This document shows positions 19,135 through 30,060 of a DNA stretch of 64,000 nucleotides, one piece after another; the first letter of the stretch is position 1, and each line of letters opens with the position of its first letter. The DNA is from Shigella phage vb_GEC_SH_GT: sequence record OR887633. One strand, given 5' to 3'. A program made the translations under genes and the position numbers. The notes beneath the pieces are model-generated. The model saw only the letters and a list, made by a program, of their open reading frames with translations, did no database searches and was not told where the DNA came from.

Positions 19135-19716
19135 CTAACCGAGCTTTTTAGTTAATTCATTCCAATGTTTTCTACACAAAGAAACATAAATTTCATCACC
19201 AATACAGATTTGATTACCTTCTTTAACTGGTGTTCCATCTTCCATTAATCGAGCTGTCATAATAGCTTTTTTACCACAATGACAAACTGCCTTTAGTTCA
19301 ATAAGTTTATCTGCAATCGCTAAAAGTTCTTTAGAACCTTCAAACAATTTTCCAGCGAAATCAGTCCTTAAGCCATAAGCCATAACAGGAACATTATATG
19401 TATCAACAATTCGACTTAATTGATGCACTTGTTCAGTTTTTAAAAACTGAGCTTCATCTACAAATACACAATGAATATCTTTTTGTGCTTCAGCCCATTT
19501 ATAGAACTCGAAAATATCCATATCATCTGTAATAATATTCGCTTCCTGCTTAATTCCAATGCGAGAAACGACTTCGCAGACAGAATCGCGAGTATCAATA
19601 GCAGGCTTAAGAACTAATACACTCATTCCACGTTCTTTATAATTATGTGCAGCAGTCAAAAGAGAAGCAGATTTTCCAGCATTCATTGCTGCATAAGTAA
19701 AAATTAAACTCGCCAT
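19135..19716 (-). CDS. tk: Thymidine kinase
   Basis: 193 aa; P-loop AAMNAGKS; matches recalled T4 Tk. Confidence 0.9.
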   Translation of the reverse strand: MASLIFTYAAMNAGKSASLLTAAHNYKERGMSVLVLKPAIDTRDSVCEVVSRIGIKQEANIITDDMDIFEFYKWAEAQKDIHCVFVDEAQFLKTEQVHQLSRIVDTYNVPVMAYGLRTDFAGKLFEGSKELLAIADKLIELKAVCHCGKKAIMTARLMEDGTPVKEGNQICIGDEIYVSLCRKHWNELTKKLG

Positions 19717-19717
19717 T

Positions 19718-19906
19718 TTAGTCCTTAGTTAAATTTTCTAAATATGTTTTTAAATCATTTTCAGCTTTATCGATAGATTTTACTAATTCGTAATATGTTT
19801 CGGCATCTCCATATTCAGAAGATATTTCAAAAGACAAATCCTTTTCTAAACTAATAATTTCACCAACTAAAAATAATATTTCGTTCTTTTGTTCGCGAGT
19901 AATCAT
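19718..19906 (-). CDS. Small protein of the MxTREQ paralog family
   Basis: 62 aa; MITREQKNEILFLVGEIISLEKD... Confidence 0.55.
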   Translation of the reverse strand: MITREQKNEILFLVGEIISLEKDLSFEISSEYGDAETYYELVKSIDKAENDLKTYLENLTKD

Positions 19907-20094
19907 AAGGAATTTATATAATTAATGAGTTCTTGTTCTTTATTATCAAATTCTTTGGAAAGTTCTTCATATTCATTTGCGCTAAAAGGACCGCATTCAT
20001 CACAAACTTTTTCTAATTCACTATTTTTATCCATAATTTCGTGGATAAGAGAAAAGAGTTTGTCTTTTTGTTCTTTGCTTAAACTCATAACCAT
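19903..20094 (-). CDS. Small paralog-family protein
   Basis: 63 aa; ...LSKEQKDKLFSLIHEIMDKN... Confidence 0.5.
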   Translation of the reverse strand: MVMSLSKEQKDKLFSLIHEIMDKNSELEKVCDECGPFSANEYEELSKEFDNKEQELINYINSL

Positions 20095-20312
20095 GTCACC
20101 TTTAAGCAGTATTCTTCTACATGCTGTTTACGACCTTTCTTATCAATAAAGGTATATTCAACGAATGTTCCAATGTAGTCTTTATCTACATCATGTGGAC
20201 TATTAATTGGACATTTAGTACGGCAAATGCGTTCCCATTGACGAATAATTACTGCCTTATTCTTTGGGTCATATGGATGTGGATAATGTATATTCATAAT
20301 AATGGTTCCCAA
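20085..20312 (-). CDS. Hypothetical small protein
   Basis: 75 aa ORF. Confidence 0.45.
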   Translation of the reverse strand: MGTIIMNIHYPHPYDPKNKAVIIRQWERICRTKCPINSPHDVDKDYIGTFVEYTFIDKKGRKQHVEEYCLKVTWL

Positions 20313-20761
20313 TCAACAATCACAATTTCTAATTTAGAGGAATACGTATCTAAAATATCTTCAATAATATCCCAGTTCCCTTTACCTATGCCTGCACCAA
20401 TCCTAGGCATATAGATTGTAGGTTTAATCAGTTTATTTTCACCAAACTCATTTAATTCTAACATACAATTCATTAAAGCGGAATACTCAAAATTTGGCCC
20501 TGGTTGAAATTGAGTATAAAGGTTGAAGCAATACGCTTTATGAGTCCTAAAGTATTTTTCATAGACTGAGTAAGAACCGAGTTTAGTTACATCACCCCAT
20601 TCAGTCTGTAATTTATCAGCTTCCAAAATTTTAGGGAAAGCTTTGGTTAATTGACCTGCTACGCCTGAACCCATAGTATGAAAACAATTGCATCCATGCG
20701 CAATATTTTTACCTTCAGCGAAAAGGGCGACAATATCGCCCTTGATATATTTTACAATCAT
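20294..20761 (-). CDS. Macro-domain-like protein (putative ADP-ribose binding/hydrolase)
   Basis: 155 aa; GDIV...NIAHGCNCFHTMGSGVAGQL resembles the macro-domain N-x-x-N...G-x-G-V core. Confidence 0.55.
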   Translation of the reverse strand: MIVKYIKGDIVALFAEGKNIAHGCNCFHTMGSGVAGQLTKAFPKILEADKLQTEWGDVTKLGSYSVYEKYFRTHKAYCFNLYTQFQPGPNFEYSALMNCMLELNEFGENKLIKPTIYMPRIGAGIGKGNWDIIEDILDTYSSKLEIVIVDWEPLL

Positions 20762-21105
20762 CTAGTACTCAATCCTCGATTATAAGAATCTACCAAACGG
20801 TCAACCATTGAATGACAAGCGGCTTTATCTTTCTCCTCCGCAACTGAACATTCTAAGGTATTCCACTTTTTAGCATATCGTTTTAATAATGTATCGTTTT
20901 TGTATCTGCTTGATTTATCTCTTTCTCCGTCTTTATATGCATATATTAATTTCTGTGCAAATTCAGCTTGGCATGCTTTATTTTTCCCACAATAATCTGC
21001 CGCAGTGCGGTTTACATATTCTCTAATTTCAGTATATGATGTATCTGCTGACGCAGAAGCAGAAAATGAAATTAATCCTATACATAAAACCAAAATTTTA
21101 GTCAT
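20758..21105 (-). CDS. Secreted small protein (vs position)
   Basis: 115 aa with N-terminal signal peptide MTKILVLCIGLISFSASASA; four Cys. Confidence 0.5.
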   Translation of the reverse strand: MTKILVLCIGLISFSASASADTSYTEIREYVNRTAADYCGKNKACQAEFAQKLIYAYKDGERDKSSRYKNDTLLKRYAKKWNTLECSVAEEKDKAACHSMVDRLVDSYNRGLSTR

Positions 21106-21643
21106 TTACTATTTCCAAAAGTTTATTATTTTTAAGGTAATTAGCCTTTTCTAGGACTTCAGAAGCATATTTAGAACCAGCTTTAACATTCCATCCCGAA
21201 TTATAAGAGGATATTGCTTTTCTTATATCGCCCTTATGTATATTTAACCAATAAGAAAGTTCAATGTACGCCCAGGAAGCTGAATTGGACCGTTTATTCA
21301 ACATTCTTTTTATTTCAGCATCGGTCATATTATAACCAAGTTCCTTAACTCTTGCTCGCATAGTAGGCAAATAATTTTGGAACATTCCGTAGGCGTGATG
21401 CTTTGGTTTAGATTTTAAATTAACTCCGCCAGAGCTTTCTTGCCATAAAATAGCAGCCATTATATGACCTAATCCGCTCTTGTGGATATTTTTGTGTGTT
21501 TTATATTTTCCATCCTTAGAAAATTGTTCCCCGAATTGATACGCGTAACGCATGTTATCGAGTTGGACATTACTGAAAGTATGCTCGGAGCTATGTGCCA
21601 TCATTGAAATGGCCAATAGACCAGCGAGTAGTGCTTTTCTCAT
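21098..21643 (-). CDS. Secreted lytic-transglycosylase-like protein (SLT domain)
   Basis: Signal peptide MRKALLAGLLAISMMAHS; LWQESSGG...AYGMFQ fits the SLT E-S...G-L-M-Q pattern. Confidence 0.55.
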   Translation of the reverse strand: MRKALLAGLLAISMMAHSSEHTFSNVQLDNMRYAYQFGEQFSKDGKYKTHKNIHKSGLGHIMAAILWQESSGGVNLKSKPKHHAYGMFQNYLPTMRARVKELGYNMTDAEIKRMLNKRSNSASWAYIELSYWLNIHKGDIRKAISSYNSGWNVKAGSKYASEVLEKANYLKNNKLLEIVND

Positions 21644-21650
21644 GCTTACC

Positions 21651-22112
21651 TCATTGAGTTTTAATTACTGCTTTAGAAGCCTTTCCTGGTAAACGACGAC
21701 TGTTAATAATTGCCATCCTACATTGAAGTGACGGGTCTTTGAACTTCTCATTAGGTTTACAAACTGTAAATCCAAGCCAAAGATTTCCATCTGTGATTTC
21801 TAAACGTCCAGGACGATATTCAATTCCATCAATAAAATCCTCGTCAATGTCAGGACGCGGAGGCATACTCAGGAATTCATTAACTTCTAAAACATGGTCT
21901 TTTATTTTATGGAATAATTCAAAAACATATGTCTCATCAATCTCCCGTTGAATTGCACGATCAAGAAGATGCTGAGAATATTTTAGATGAAACGATGAGA
22001 CTCCTGCTGCTTTTGATGCCTCACGAATCTCATTGTTAATTTGACGAAACTCCGACTCAAAGTGACGACGAAGCTTATTTCGACGGATAAAAACTTCTGT
22101 ATTGATAGTCAT
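21651..22112 (-). CDS. regB: Site-specific RNA endonuclease RegB
   Basis: 153 aa; matches recalled T4 RegB; position after the vs block. Confidence 0.8.
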   Translation of the reverse strand: MTINTEVFIRRNKLRRHFESEFRQINNEIREASKAAGVSSFHLKYSQHLLDRAIQREIDETYVFELFHKIKDHVLEVNEFLSMPPRPDIDEDFIDGIEYRPGRLEITDGNLWLGFTVCKPNEKFKDPSLQCRMAIINSRRLPGKASKAVIKTQ

Positions 22113-22140
22113 GTTGTTCTCCTCTTAACTGATAGAAAAA

Positions 22141-22170
22141 TTATACCACAGTCAAGAGGAAAAGTAAACA
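22141..22170 (-). promoter_or_regulatory. T4-type early promoter for regB
   Basis: ttataccacag ... agtaaaca module just upstream of regB. Confidence 0.5.
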
Positions 22171-22171
22171 G

Positions 22172-22492
22172 TTATTCTTTAAATCTAATCAATTTATTCA
22201 TAGACTTTGAAACTTCCGCACGAATCTCATGTAGATTTTTGAGCTGTTCAAGACGCTGCGTATAGTAAGCAATTTCATCTTCTTCGAGACAGTCCTGCGA
22301 ATCTTCTTTAAGATAACGTGCATAGTCCTGGAAAGCTTTACGGACTACTTCCTGGAAGTCATCAAGACTTTGAATTTTCTTAGGAGCAACAGATACACGA
22401 CGAGGGGCAGTATAATACTCATAACCAAACCCTGCGCTTAATTGAGCCATTAGTATTTTTCCTCTGGTTGGAACACAGCACGGCAAGCCCAC
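22172..22492 (-). CDS. Hypothetical protein
   Basis: 106 aa ORF. Confidence 0.5.
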   Translation of the reverse strand: MGLPCCVPTRGKILMAQLSAGFGYEYYTAPRRVSVAPKKIQSLDDFQEVVRKAFQDYARYLKEDSQDCLEEDEIAYYTQRLEQLKNLHEIRAEVSKSMNKLIRFKE

Positions 22493-22716
22493 ATACTTGC
22501 TTCTTTGAGTTTCGTTTTAGCAATAGTTAACTGATCGAGGCTTTCGGCGTAATTCTTCGCGAGTTCATCATCTTCACAGCTATCAAATGCTTCCCAAAAT
22601 TCATCGTATAAAGCATCAAAGATAAGTCCTAAACGAACTTCAGCATCTTTAATAGCATTTACTTTACCGATTTTTTCGTCGGTATGTGGCTTATAACCTT
22701 TAATATCTTCAATCAT
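22450..22716 (-). CDS. Small helical protein at the vs.4 position (possible Acb2-type cyclic-nucleotide sponge)
   Basis: Start at [11 protein letters not shown] with GAGGAAG RBS; the Acb2 call rests on synteny alone. Confidence 0.35.
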   Translation of the reverse strand: MIEDIKGYKPHTDEKIGKVNAIKDAEVRLGLIFDALYDEFWEAFDSCEDDELAKNYAESLDQLTIAKTKLKEASMWACRAVFQPEEKY

Positions 22717-22930
22717 ATTTGACTTCCTCACCAGTACATAAATCGTATTCAACTAAACGAATAGGTTCATGAATGCCATATCCCTGAACAGAAATTTCTG
22801 TCGTAGGATAAATTCCACTAATATCACCCATGTTCCATGCTTCGTTAAATTGCTGTTCGCCTGAATTACTAAACCATTCGGCGAAAGCATTTAGCGCATC
22901 TTCAGAACCTTCAATAATTATCTTTGCCAT
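22709..22930 (-). CDS. Hypothetical small acidic protein
   Basis: 73 aa ORF. Confidence 0.5.
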   Translation of the reverse strand: MAKIIIEGSEDALNAFAEWFSNSGEQQFNEAWNMGDISGIYPTTEISVQGYGIHEPIRLVEYDLCTGEEVKYD

Positions 22931-23292
22931 TACAAACTCTCGGTAAAGGTACGAGCGATAACATCGCGCTGCTGTTCCGGAGTCAGAGAGTTAAAGCGAA
23001 CTGCATAACCGGATACACGGATGGTCAGCTGCGGATATTTTTCCGGATGCTTAACTGCATCTTCCAGAGTTTCACGACGCAGAACGTTAACGTTCAGGTG
23101 TTGACCACCTTCAATTTTAACTGTAGGCTGTGGCTCAATTTCAATTTCACGGGCATGCAAACCATAGAAAATTTCTGGGTCTACAAAAGAGTCCTCTTTA
23201 AAGGTTTTAGAGACAATAATTCGTGCTTGAATACCATCTTCAAAATAAATAGTACCTTTATGTGTGCCTTCAAGAATTTGATATGCTTTCAT
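22930..23292 (-). CDS. GrcA/YfiD-like autonomous glycyl-radical cofactor
   Basis: 120 aa; C-terminal [31 protein letters not shown] carries the RVSGY glycyl-radical motif. Confidence 0.75.
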   Translation of the reverse strand: MKAYQILEGTHKGTIYFEDGIQARIIVSKTFKEDSFVDPEIFYGLHAREIEIEPQPTVKIEGGQHLNVNVLRRETLEDAVKHPEKYPQLTIRVSGYAVRFNSLTPEQQRDVIARTFTESL

Positions 23293-23299
23293 ATAAACC

Positions 23300-23680
23300 T
23301 CAATTAGAAAATAAATTTATCCAAGATTGTTCTTTAATTAAAAATGGCTCAGAATCATATGCCATTAAACTCTGTGTGATTAGTCCTTTAAAAGGCCCAT
23401 CAATAAATTCCATGGTAAAATATGGAATTTTATTCATTAGCCGTGCATTAGGAGCAGTACACAAAACTCTGCATCCTTTGAATACGCCTTTTTGTAATTT
23501 GTATTGCTTAGGATAAAATTCGCTCAAGACGTTGTTATTTGCCAAAATTTCAAAATGATTCACCAATTTATTTTTAATAGTTTTTGGCGAAAAATAAAGA
23601 TATTCGAAAAGCTGTGTGTCTGTCATCATTGCATTCCGATTACGAAAAACTGCGGACGAGTAATACCACCAATGCAACAT
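23300..23680 (-). CDS. Hypothetical protein
   Basis: 126 aa ORF. Confidence 0.5.
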   Translation of the reverse strand: MLHWWYYSSAVFRNRNAMMTDTQLFEYLYFSPKTIKNKLVNHFEILANNNVLSEFYPKQYKLQKGVFKGCRVLCTAPNARLMNKIPYFTMEFIDGPFKGLITQSLMAYDSEPFLIKEQSWINLFSN

Positions 23681-24213
23681 TTAATATTACAGCAGTAGTG
23701 TACAGTGTCAATATGGACGCTATAAATCTTATCCATATCAGGAGATTTAACAGGCTCATCAATTATATACAAAATCCGCGAAAGCGATAAACCTCTGAAC
23801 TTGCTTCCTTTATTACCGATAAAACTACGGACAGAATCGGTAAATAAGCGGAATCGAATATCATCGCTAGAATAACGAGAAAATTCCTTTTTAATGTTAT
23901 TTGCAGAAATTTTAGCGTAAGCTGAAGTATTAGAAAGAACAATAACTGTTCCGCCATCATACAACCAATTAGCAGCAAAGTTAGTCACAGCAATTGATTT
24001 ACCAGATTGACGTCCACCATCTAGTCGAAGTGTGCAGTACTGTTTAAGTAATTCTTCAAATGGCGGGATATAATCGTTTTTACAAATTTCTTCTACTCTA
24101 GCATCAGAATGGTGTGTAAAAGCATTCATCAGGGATAGATAAGGACCAGTTAAAAATGTTCTCATTTTATTCTCTCTAAATTTGGGCCATTCCATGGCGC
24201 ATGAATTGTCCAT
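23626..24213 (-). CDS. P-loop protein (start uncertain)
   Basis: GGRQSGKS Walker-A-like motif; 195 aa ORF with several candidate Met starts. Confidence 0.5.
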   Translation of the reverse strand: MDNSCAMEWPKFRENKMRTFLTGPYLSLMNAFTHHSDARVEEICKNDYIPPFEELLKQYCTLRLDGGRQSGKSIAVTNFAANWLYDGGTVIVLSNTSAYAKISANNIKKEFSRYSSDDIRFRLFTDSVRSFIGNKGSKFRGLSLSRILYIIDEPVKSPDMDKIYSVHIDTVHYCCNIKCCIGGITRPQFFVIGMQ

Positions 24214-24318
24214 TTCTGTATTTACCCATTACCGCACTTGGGCTCGACCTTATTACAGGTTGGCGGGAATCCCTCATAGAATCATGAGGTCCAGCTTGTT
24301 CCCATATTTCTTATTTGC

Positions 24319-24792
24319 TTATTTGAATGATTTGACGTACTGAATAGAACCTTTACTATTCACGAAAGCGATTTTACCATTTTTATTATACATGGTAGCA
24401 GTACGCTGATAGCCATAAGTTTGTTTACCAGATTGATAACCAACTAATGCGAAATTATCTTCACCCATTTTATTCTGTTTAGAGCGAATACGTTCATGAC
24501 CGTGTGCCATAAGAACCTTAGCATCACCAGTTGAAATTGATCTACGAGTTTTTTCATCTTCAACTGTATTAACAAAGTCGTCAAATGAATCAAATTTAGC
24601 ATGGGATTTATTATACAGTTTTCCATCTACTGCATAATTATATCCCTGTACATCCATCTCAACTTCTGTACCATCATCCAATACAGCAGTAATTTTTTGA
24701 CCTTTTTTAAATTTCAAAAGATCAGTAAAAGATTCAGCAATAATTTGAGAATTAATAGCTGCTTCAGTGATAAATTCTTGATATGTTTTCAT
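24319..24792 (-). CDS. Internal-protein-like head protein with capsid-targeting leader
   Basis: Starts MKTYQEFITEA, the T4 internal-protein leader cleaved by gp21; 157 aa. Confidence 0.7.
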   Translation of the reverse strand: MKTYQEFITEAAINSQIIAESFTDLLKFKKGQKITAVLDDGTEVEMDVQGYNYAVDGKLYNKSHAKFDSFDDFVNTVEDEKTRRSISTGDAKVLMAHGHERIRSKQNKMGEDNFALVGYQSGKQTYGYQRTATMYNKNGKIAFVNSKGSIQYVKSFK

Positions 24793-24801
24793 ATGTTTCC
24801 T

Positions 24802-25218
24802 TTAAATGTAAATATTTTTGCCGTAATACTTGTACCAGTGTGGCTTCATTAAAATTTTTTCATCGAGTCGTTGTTGACTCAATTTAATAGCTGATTTGCA
24901 TGGATTATAATCATTTTTCCATTCTGCTGGAATATCGCTGATGTCAGGAACTTCAGTATCTTTTATACTAAACCCACGTTTTAAGCATTCCGTTATAATG
25001 TCTGATTGACGCTTTCGCAAAAATTCTAACTTATCGTAAAAGAACGTAACATGACCAGAGCCTAAAATAAACTCGGAAGATATTTTAAAATCTTTAACCC
25101 GCTTACCATTTGCCACATGTTTACGAACTATACCAAAAACACGCGGCAATTCACGATACTCAGCCATAAGATGTTGGTCGGTCAGTTCAGAAACAAGTGT
25201 TAAATTGATACGAGTCAT
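24802..25218 (-). CDS. denV: Endonuclease V (pyrimidine-dimer DNA glycosylase)
   Basis: [29 protein letters not shown]... matches recalled T4 DenV (138 aa). Confidence 0.88.
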   Translation of the reverse strand: MTRINLTLVSELTDQHLMAEYRELPRVFGIVRKHVANGKRVKDFKISSEFILGSGHVTFFYDKLEFLRKRQSDIITECLKRGFSIKDTEVPDISDIPAEWKNDYNPCKSAIKLSQQRLDEKILMKPHWYKYYGKNIYI

Positions 25219-25244
25219 AATTTCCTCCAAGTAGTTGATGAATG

Positions 25245-25276
25245 TATAGTATCAAAACCCTTGGAGGAAGTAAACA
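25245..25276 (-). promoter_or_regulatory. T4-type early promoter for denV
   Basis: tgtatagtatc ... agtaaaca module. Confidence 0.5.
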
Positions 25277-25277
25277 A

Positions 25278-26518
<1,241 letters not shown>

Positions 26519-26537
<19 letters not shown>

Positions 26538-27007
26538 TCAGTGATAAAGCTATTTAAATTTTGAGCATATTTCTTTTCATCATAAATCTTTTGCTGTCTG
26601 CGTAAACGCCATGGCATTTCAATGAACACGCACCATATTCCTGATAGTACTGCTGCTGTAAAAATATTAACAAGTATAATTAAAAGAATCCAATCTTCCG
26701 TTCTGCCTACTGGACTTTCTCCAAAGAAGCAAAATACAAATGATGTCACAGGAAAACTAATAATATACCACAGAATAACCTTCTTATCTGTGAACCAATC
26801 AGCGTTCGTTAACTTAGCACGACCATTTTGAATACACACGAATTTATCATCTGTTACAGTAGATGGCTTAACTGCTTGATATCCCATTCTAAACTCCCTA
26901 ATCAGCAAATTTTTCATATCTTCGGAACAGCCATTCCAGTCAACTCTATCAACTGAAATGCCATCATCCCCATCATCTAAATCATACCAGCGAGTTTTTA
27001 AAATCAT
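26519..27007 (-). CDS. Two-TM membrane protein, tandem paralog 1
   Basis: 162 aa; two hydrophobic helices; tail ...NSFITECRKLK. Confidence 0.55.
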
Positions 27008-27378
27008 TTGATTTTCCTACAATCATTCACGAATTCTTTCATTGATTCATTTTCAATATAAGACATGTAGTTATTATATTCTTTTAATTGTATTTTGTAA
27101 TCCTTTTTTCTTTGCCAATTTATTTTAAAATTATCATAATGAAAATATAAAATAATACCAAAGAATGAAAATAATGAAATCGCTATAGTATAATGAAGTT
27201 CACTCCAAACTTCTATTATATCTACTATACCGCTGACATTACTGCGGATGTTTAAAATAATACAGTCAATCATTAATCCAATAAGACTACCCGCAAGAGC
27301 TGCAGCCAACGCCACAGCAAAAATTAAAAATGACTCAGAAAACGAATATTTGACTTTATTTAGTTTTGGCTTTTGCAT
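27004..27378 (-). CDS. Two-TM membrane protein, tandem paralog 2
   Basis: 124 aa; two hydrophobic helices; tail ...EFVNDCRKIK. Confidence 0.55.
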   Translation of the reverse strand: MQKPKLNKVKYSFSESFLIFAVALAAALAGSLIGLMIDCIILNIRSNVSGIVDIIEVWSELHYTIAISLFSFFGIILYFHYDNFKINWQRKKDYKIQLKEYNNYMSYIENESMKEFVNDCRKIK

Positions 27379-27773
27379 CGTGATTCCTTAACAAATTTCA
27401 TAATTTCATCAAATTCATACGCGGCAAGTTTAAGCTGATGTTCCTTTTTAATCTTTTTACACTGTGCTTTCCAATCACGTACACGTTTACGATAATGTCT
27501 TCCTTGATACCAATATCCTATCCAATTTACAGGTACTAATAAAAGTGGAACTATTAATGGAAGAATTAGCATTAACACAAGTATTTCGCCAGAATCAATA
27601 TCAGTCATAACATCTAAAACACCTCCAATAATCAATAGAATTACAAATGATATGAGTATAACAGGACCTATTAACACATCAGTAGAAATTATCTGGCGCT
27701 TTAATTCATACTTTAAGGGTTTACTTGGAAGATACATTGATGGCTTTGACATATTCTCTACATTCCTTAACAA
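27360..27773 (-). CDS. Two-TM membrane protein, tandem paralog 3
   Basis: 137 aa; two hydrophobic helices; tail ...KFVKESRCKSQN. Confidence 0.55.
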   Translation of the reverse strand: MLRNVENMSKPSMYLPSKPLKYELKRQIISTDVLIGPVILISFVILLIIGGVLDVMTDIDSGEILVLMLILPLIVPLLLVPVNWIGYWYQGRHYRKRVRDWKAQCKKIKKEHQLKLAAYEFDEIMKFVKESRCKSQN

Positions 27774-28329
27774 ATTTTTCTAGTAATAAATCGCTTTCAA
27801 AACTAGGATTTTCCACGAATTTATCAAAAAGATCATCAACAATAGTTAAGACATTCTTTTTACTAAGAATACGTTTATTTTCATGCTTCGTTTCAGAATC
27901 AACTATAAGAGTAAAGAAATATTTCTTTCCCTGAAATTTTACTGTAGTATCAATATAGAATAAATTTGACTTTTGTAAGTTACGTTTAAACCATGCGTCA
28001 CTTAAACTATAAACACCGAGATAATCAAAATCGTCGTTTAAATAACAAACTGTCCATTCAGGAGAAATGAAATCAGTAAATTCAACATCAAAATCGCATG
28101 TCAATGAATAAATTGATTCAATACTGTTAATAAGTATTCCAGGACGTATTAAAGACTTTTTACCTCTGGAAAATCTTCCAGAAAGACTTTCATCAGTTTC
28201 ATATGAAGAACCCCAATAATAATTACGTCCTTCTGCCAGGCGTTTAAGAGCATTTAGTAATTGGTCTGGAACATCAACCTGTCTTTGGAACTCTTCAAAC
28301 ATTGAATTGAAATCACTTTGCATTTTCAT
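27721..28329 (-). CDS. Hypothetical protein
   Basis: 202 aa; C-terminus ...EKFVKECREYVKAI echoes the tail motif. Confidence 0.55.
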   Translation of the reverse strand: MKMQSDFNSMFEEFQRQVDVPDQLLNALKRLAEGRNYYWGSSYETDESLSGRFSRGKKSLIRPGILINSIESIYSLTCDFDVEFTDFISPEWTVCYLNDDFDYLGVYSLSDAWFKRNLQKSNLFYIDTTVKFQGKKYFFTLIVDSETKHENKRILSKKNVLTIVDDLFDKFVENPSFESDLLLEKFVKECREYVKAINVSSK

Positions 28330-28350
28330 TCCTATTTACTCCAAGTAATA

Positions 28351-28364
28351 GGGGCCGAAGCCCC
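28351..28364 (-). terminator. Stable hairpin with UUCG tetraloop
   Basis: ggggc-cgaa-gcccc 3' of the 28371-28964 ORF. Confidence 0.55.
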
Positions 28365-28370
28365 TTATCA

Positions 28371-28964
28371 TTATTTCAGAGAATTAATATATTCCTGAAC
28401 ATCGGCAGAGGTAGTTTCAACCCCAGAAATATTACCATTAAAGGTTTCAACTCGAGCAAGAGTATCTTCAATATCAACCTTAGTCAGCGCTGCAATTTCA
28501 ACTACATCATCAGCAGTACTAATTCCAAGTGCATTCGCTGCACGAGTTTCACGGATATATTCCAATTTAACTGCAAGTTCTTGGCGAGCATCATCTAACT
28601 CAACTACTTTCTTGGCGATTTCAATTCGCATTTCAGCATAACCATCAGCTTTAGTAGTCAGCTGTTCAGCTGTTCGACGATATAGCAAACCGAGTTTAGC
28701 ATGCATTGTTACATCTTGACCTTCGGAAAGAAGCTTGCGAATTTCACGCTCTTTTGATTCAGCCTGTTTATTCTTTTCAACGATAAGTTCACGAATACGT
28801 TTTTCTTCATTAATAGATTTAACAGAAGCAGTTTTTAGATCTTTAATTTTATCAAGCAGTTTTGCTGCTGCGGCAGTATACTGTTCTTCAACAGATAGAT
28901 TTTTAGCCATAGCAGAACCAAGTTTAGTGCGAATAAACTCAACAATTTTCTTCAGTGTGTTCAT
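28371..28964 (-). CDS. Helical coiled-coil protein (weak PspA/IM30-like resemblance, unverified)
   Basis: 197 aa; long charged heptad-like helices throughout. Confidence 0.5.
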
Positions 28965-29007
28965 AGTATTTCCTTAGGTTAATTAAGATTTAAAATCCAT
29001 GAGAGTA

Positions 29008-29184
29008 TTATACTCCGGATAGTTTGTAAACTATTTCAACATCGCCTTTTGCTGCTTTATAACCTTCAGCCCAAGATACAACCGAGTTTTTATCTGAAGA
29101 TTCAAATTCTGGCATTGGGCTTTCGCCAATGTTCACGCAGTATGTTTCTTCATTTTCGTCGAACCAAATAATTAAAGTAGTCAT
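29008..29184 (-). CDS. Small hypothetical protein (58 aa, below ORF-track cutoff)
   Basis: Hand-translated MTTLIIWFDENEETYCVNIGESPMPEFE... Confidence 0.35.
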   Translation of the reverse strand: MTTLIIWFDENEETYCVNIGESPMPEFESSDKNSVVSWAEGYKAAKGDVEIVYKLSGV

Positions 29185-29252
29185 TTATTTCTCCGTTTCT
29201 GTATTTGTTTTGATAAGTCTATAATAACACCGTCCTTGGTGTTTGTACACAA

Positions 29253-29528
29253 TTATTTCATATTATTGAAATATTCTTCTGCGATTTCGTCGTTATCATG
29301 GTAAACTTTAGAAGACAGTTTAACATAACCTTCTGCCGTGAACATGTTAATCACAACCTTTACGGTATACCACTGACCGTCTTCATTACCCATTACTGCA
29401 TAGGTTTCAAACATCGGATGGTCAGGACCGATAACTTTAATATCATTCACTGTACGACCAAAATCTTCTGAAACACATTTCATAAAGAAGTTGAACAGTT
29501 CACCGTAATTATCCATTTTATTCTCCAA
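29253..29528 (-). CDS. Hypothetical protein
   Basis: 91 aa ORF with its own early promoter. Confidence 0.55.
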   Translation of the reverse strand: MENKMDNYGELFNFFMKCVSEDFGRTVNDIKVIGPDHPMFETYAVMGNEDGQWYTVKVVINMFTAEGYVKLSSKVYHDNDEIAEEYFNNMK

Positions 29529-29557
29529 GTTGTTTTCTGTATCAGTAGTTGATAGTT

Positions 29558-29590
29558 GTATAGTACCATGGAAGAACAGGGATGTAAACA
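29558..29590 (-). promoter_or_regulatory. T4-type early promoter
   Basis: gtatagtacc ... tgtaaaca module. Confidence 0.5.
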
Positions 29591-29759
29591 GTTTAATGAA
29601 AAAATTTTAAAAAAGTTTTAGGGAATTTTAGGGCGAGGAGGGGTAATTAAAAGATAGGATAATATATTATAAAGGGTAGAAACTAAATGATGCCTAGAGA
29701 GGCCCGGAAAGGCCTAGATACCAAAAAGCCCCAACCTTTCGGTCAGGGCTAAGCCTTGC

Positions 29760-30060
29760 GGCAACCTTGTCGGGGTTCCACCTGCTAAGGCAAGTGTTTG
29801 TACGAAACGCCGGGATTTGAACCCGGTTATTAAGTAGTTGACGCTACTCAATATTTTTAAAAGGCCATATCTCGACCATATCCGAACGTTCCGTCAAAAA
29901 CGCTACTCGGCTTATGGCAAAGATATTTCCTCGAATCGATAATTCGGTGCGCCGTTTCTGCTGTGATATAAGGGGGCATTAACAAAACATAAAGATTTAT
30001 TAATGCCAGTCCTTAAACAGGGAACATCAGTCCGACGACTTGCCGGTAGCGACCCGGCTT
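29760..30060 (-). ncRNA. Candidate structured small stable RNA region (position of T4 rnaC/rnaD)
   Basis: No ORF; tRNA-like T-arm cgggttcaaatcccg (revcomp of 29811-29825) and GC stems; does not fold into a canonical tRNA. Confidence 0.25.

Noticed and set aside
28371-28964. Confident PspA/IM30 assignment for the 197 aa helical protein
   Set aside because: Only a loose resemblance in charge pattern and helicity to PspA; no motif-level match I can verify, so it is kept as a coiled-coil protein.
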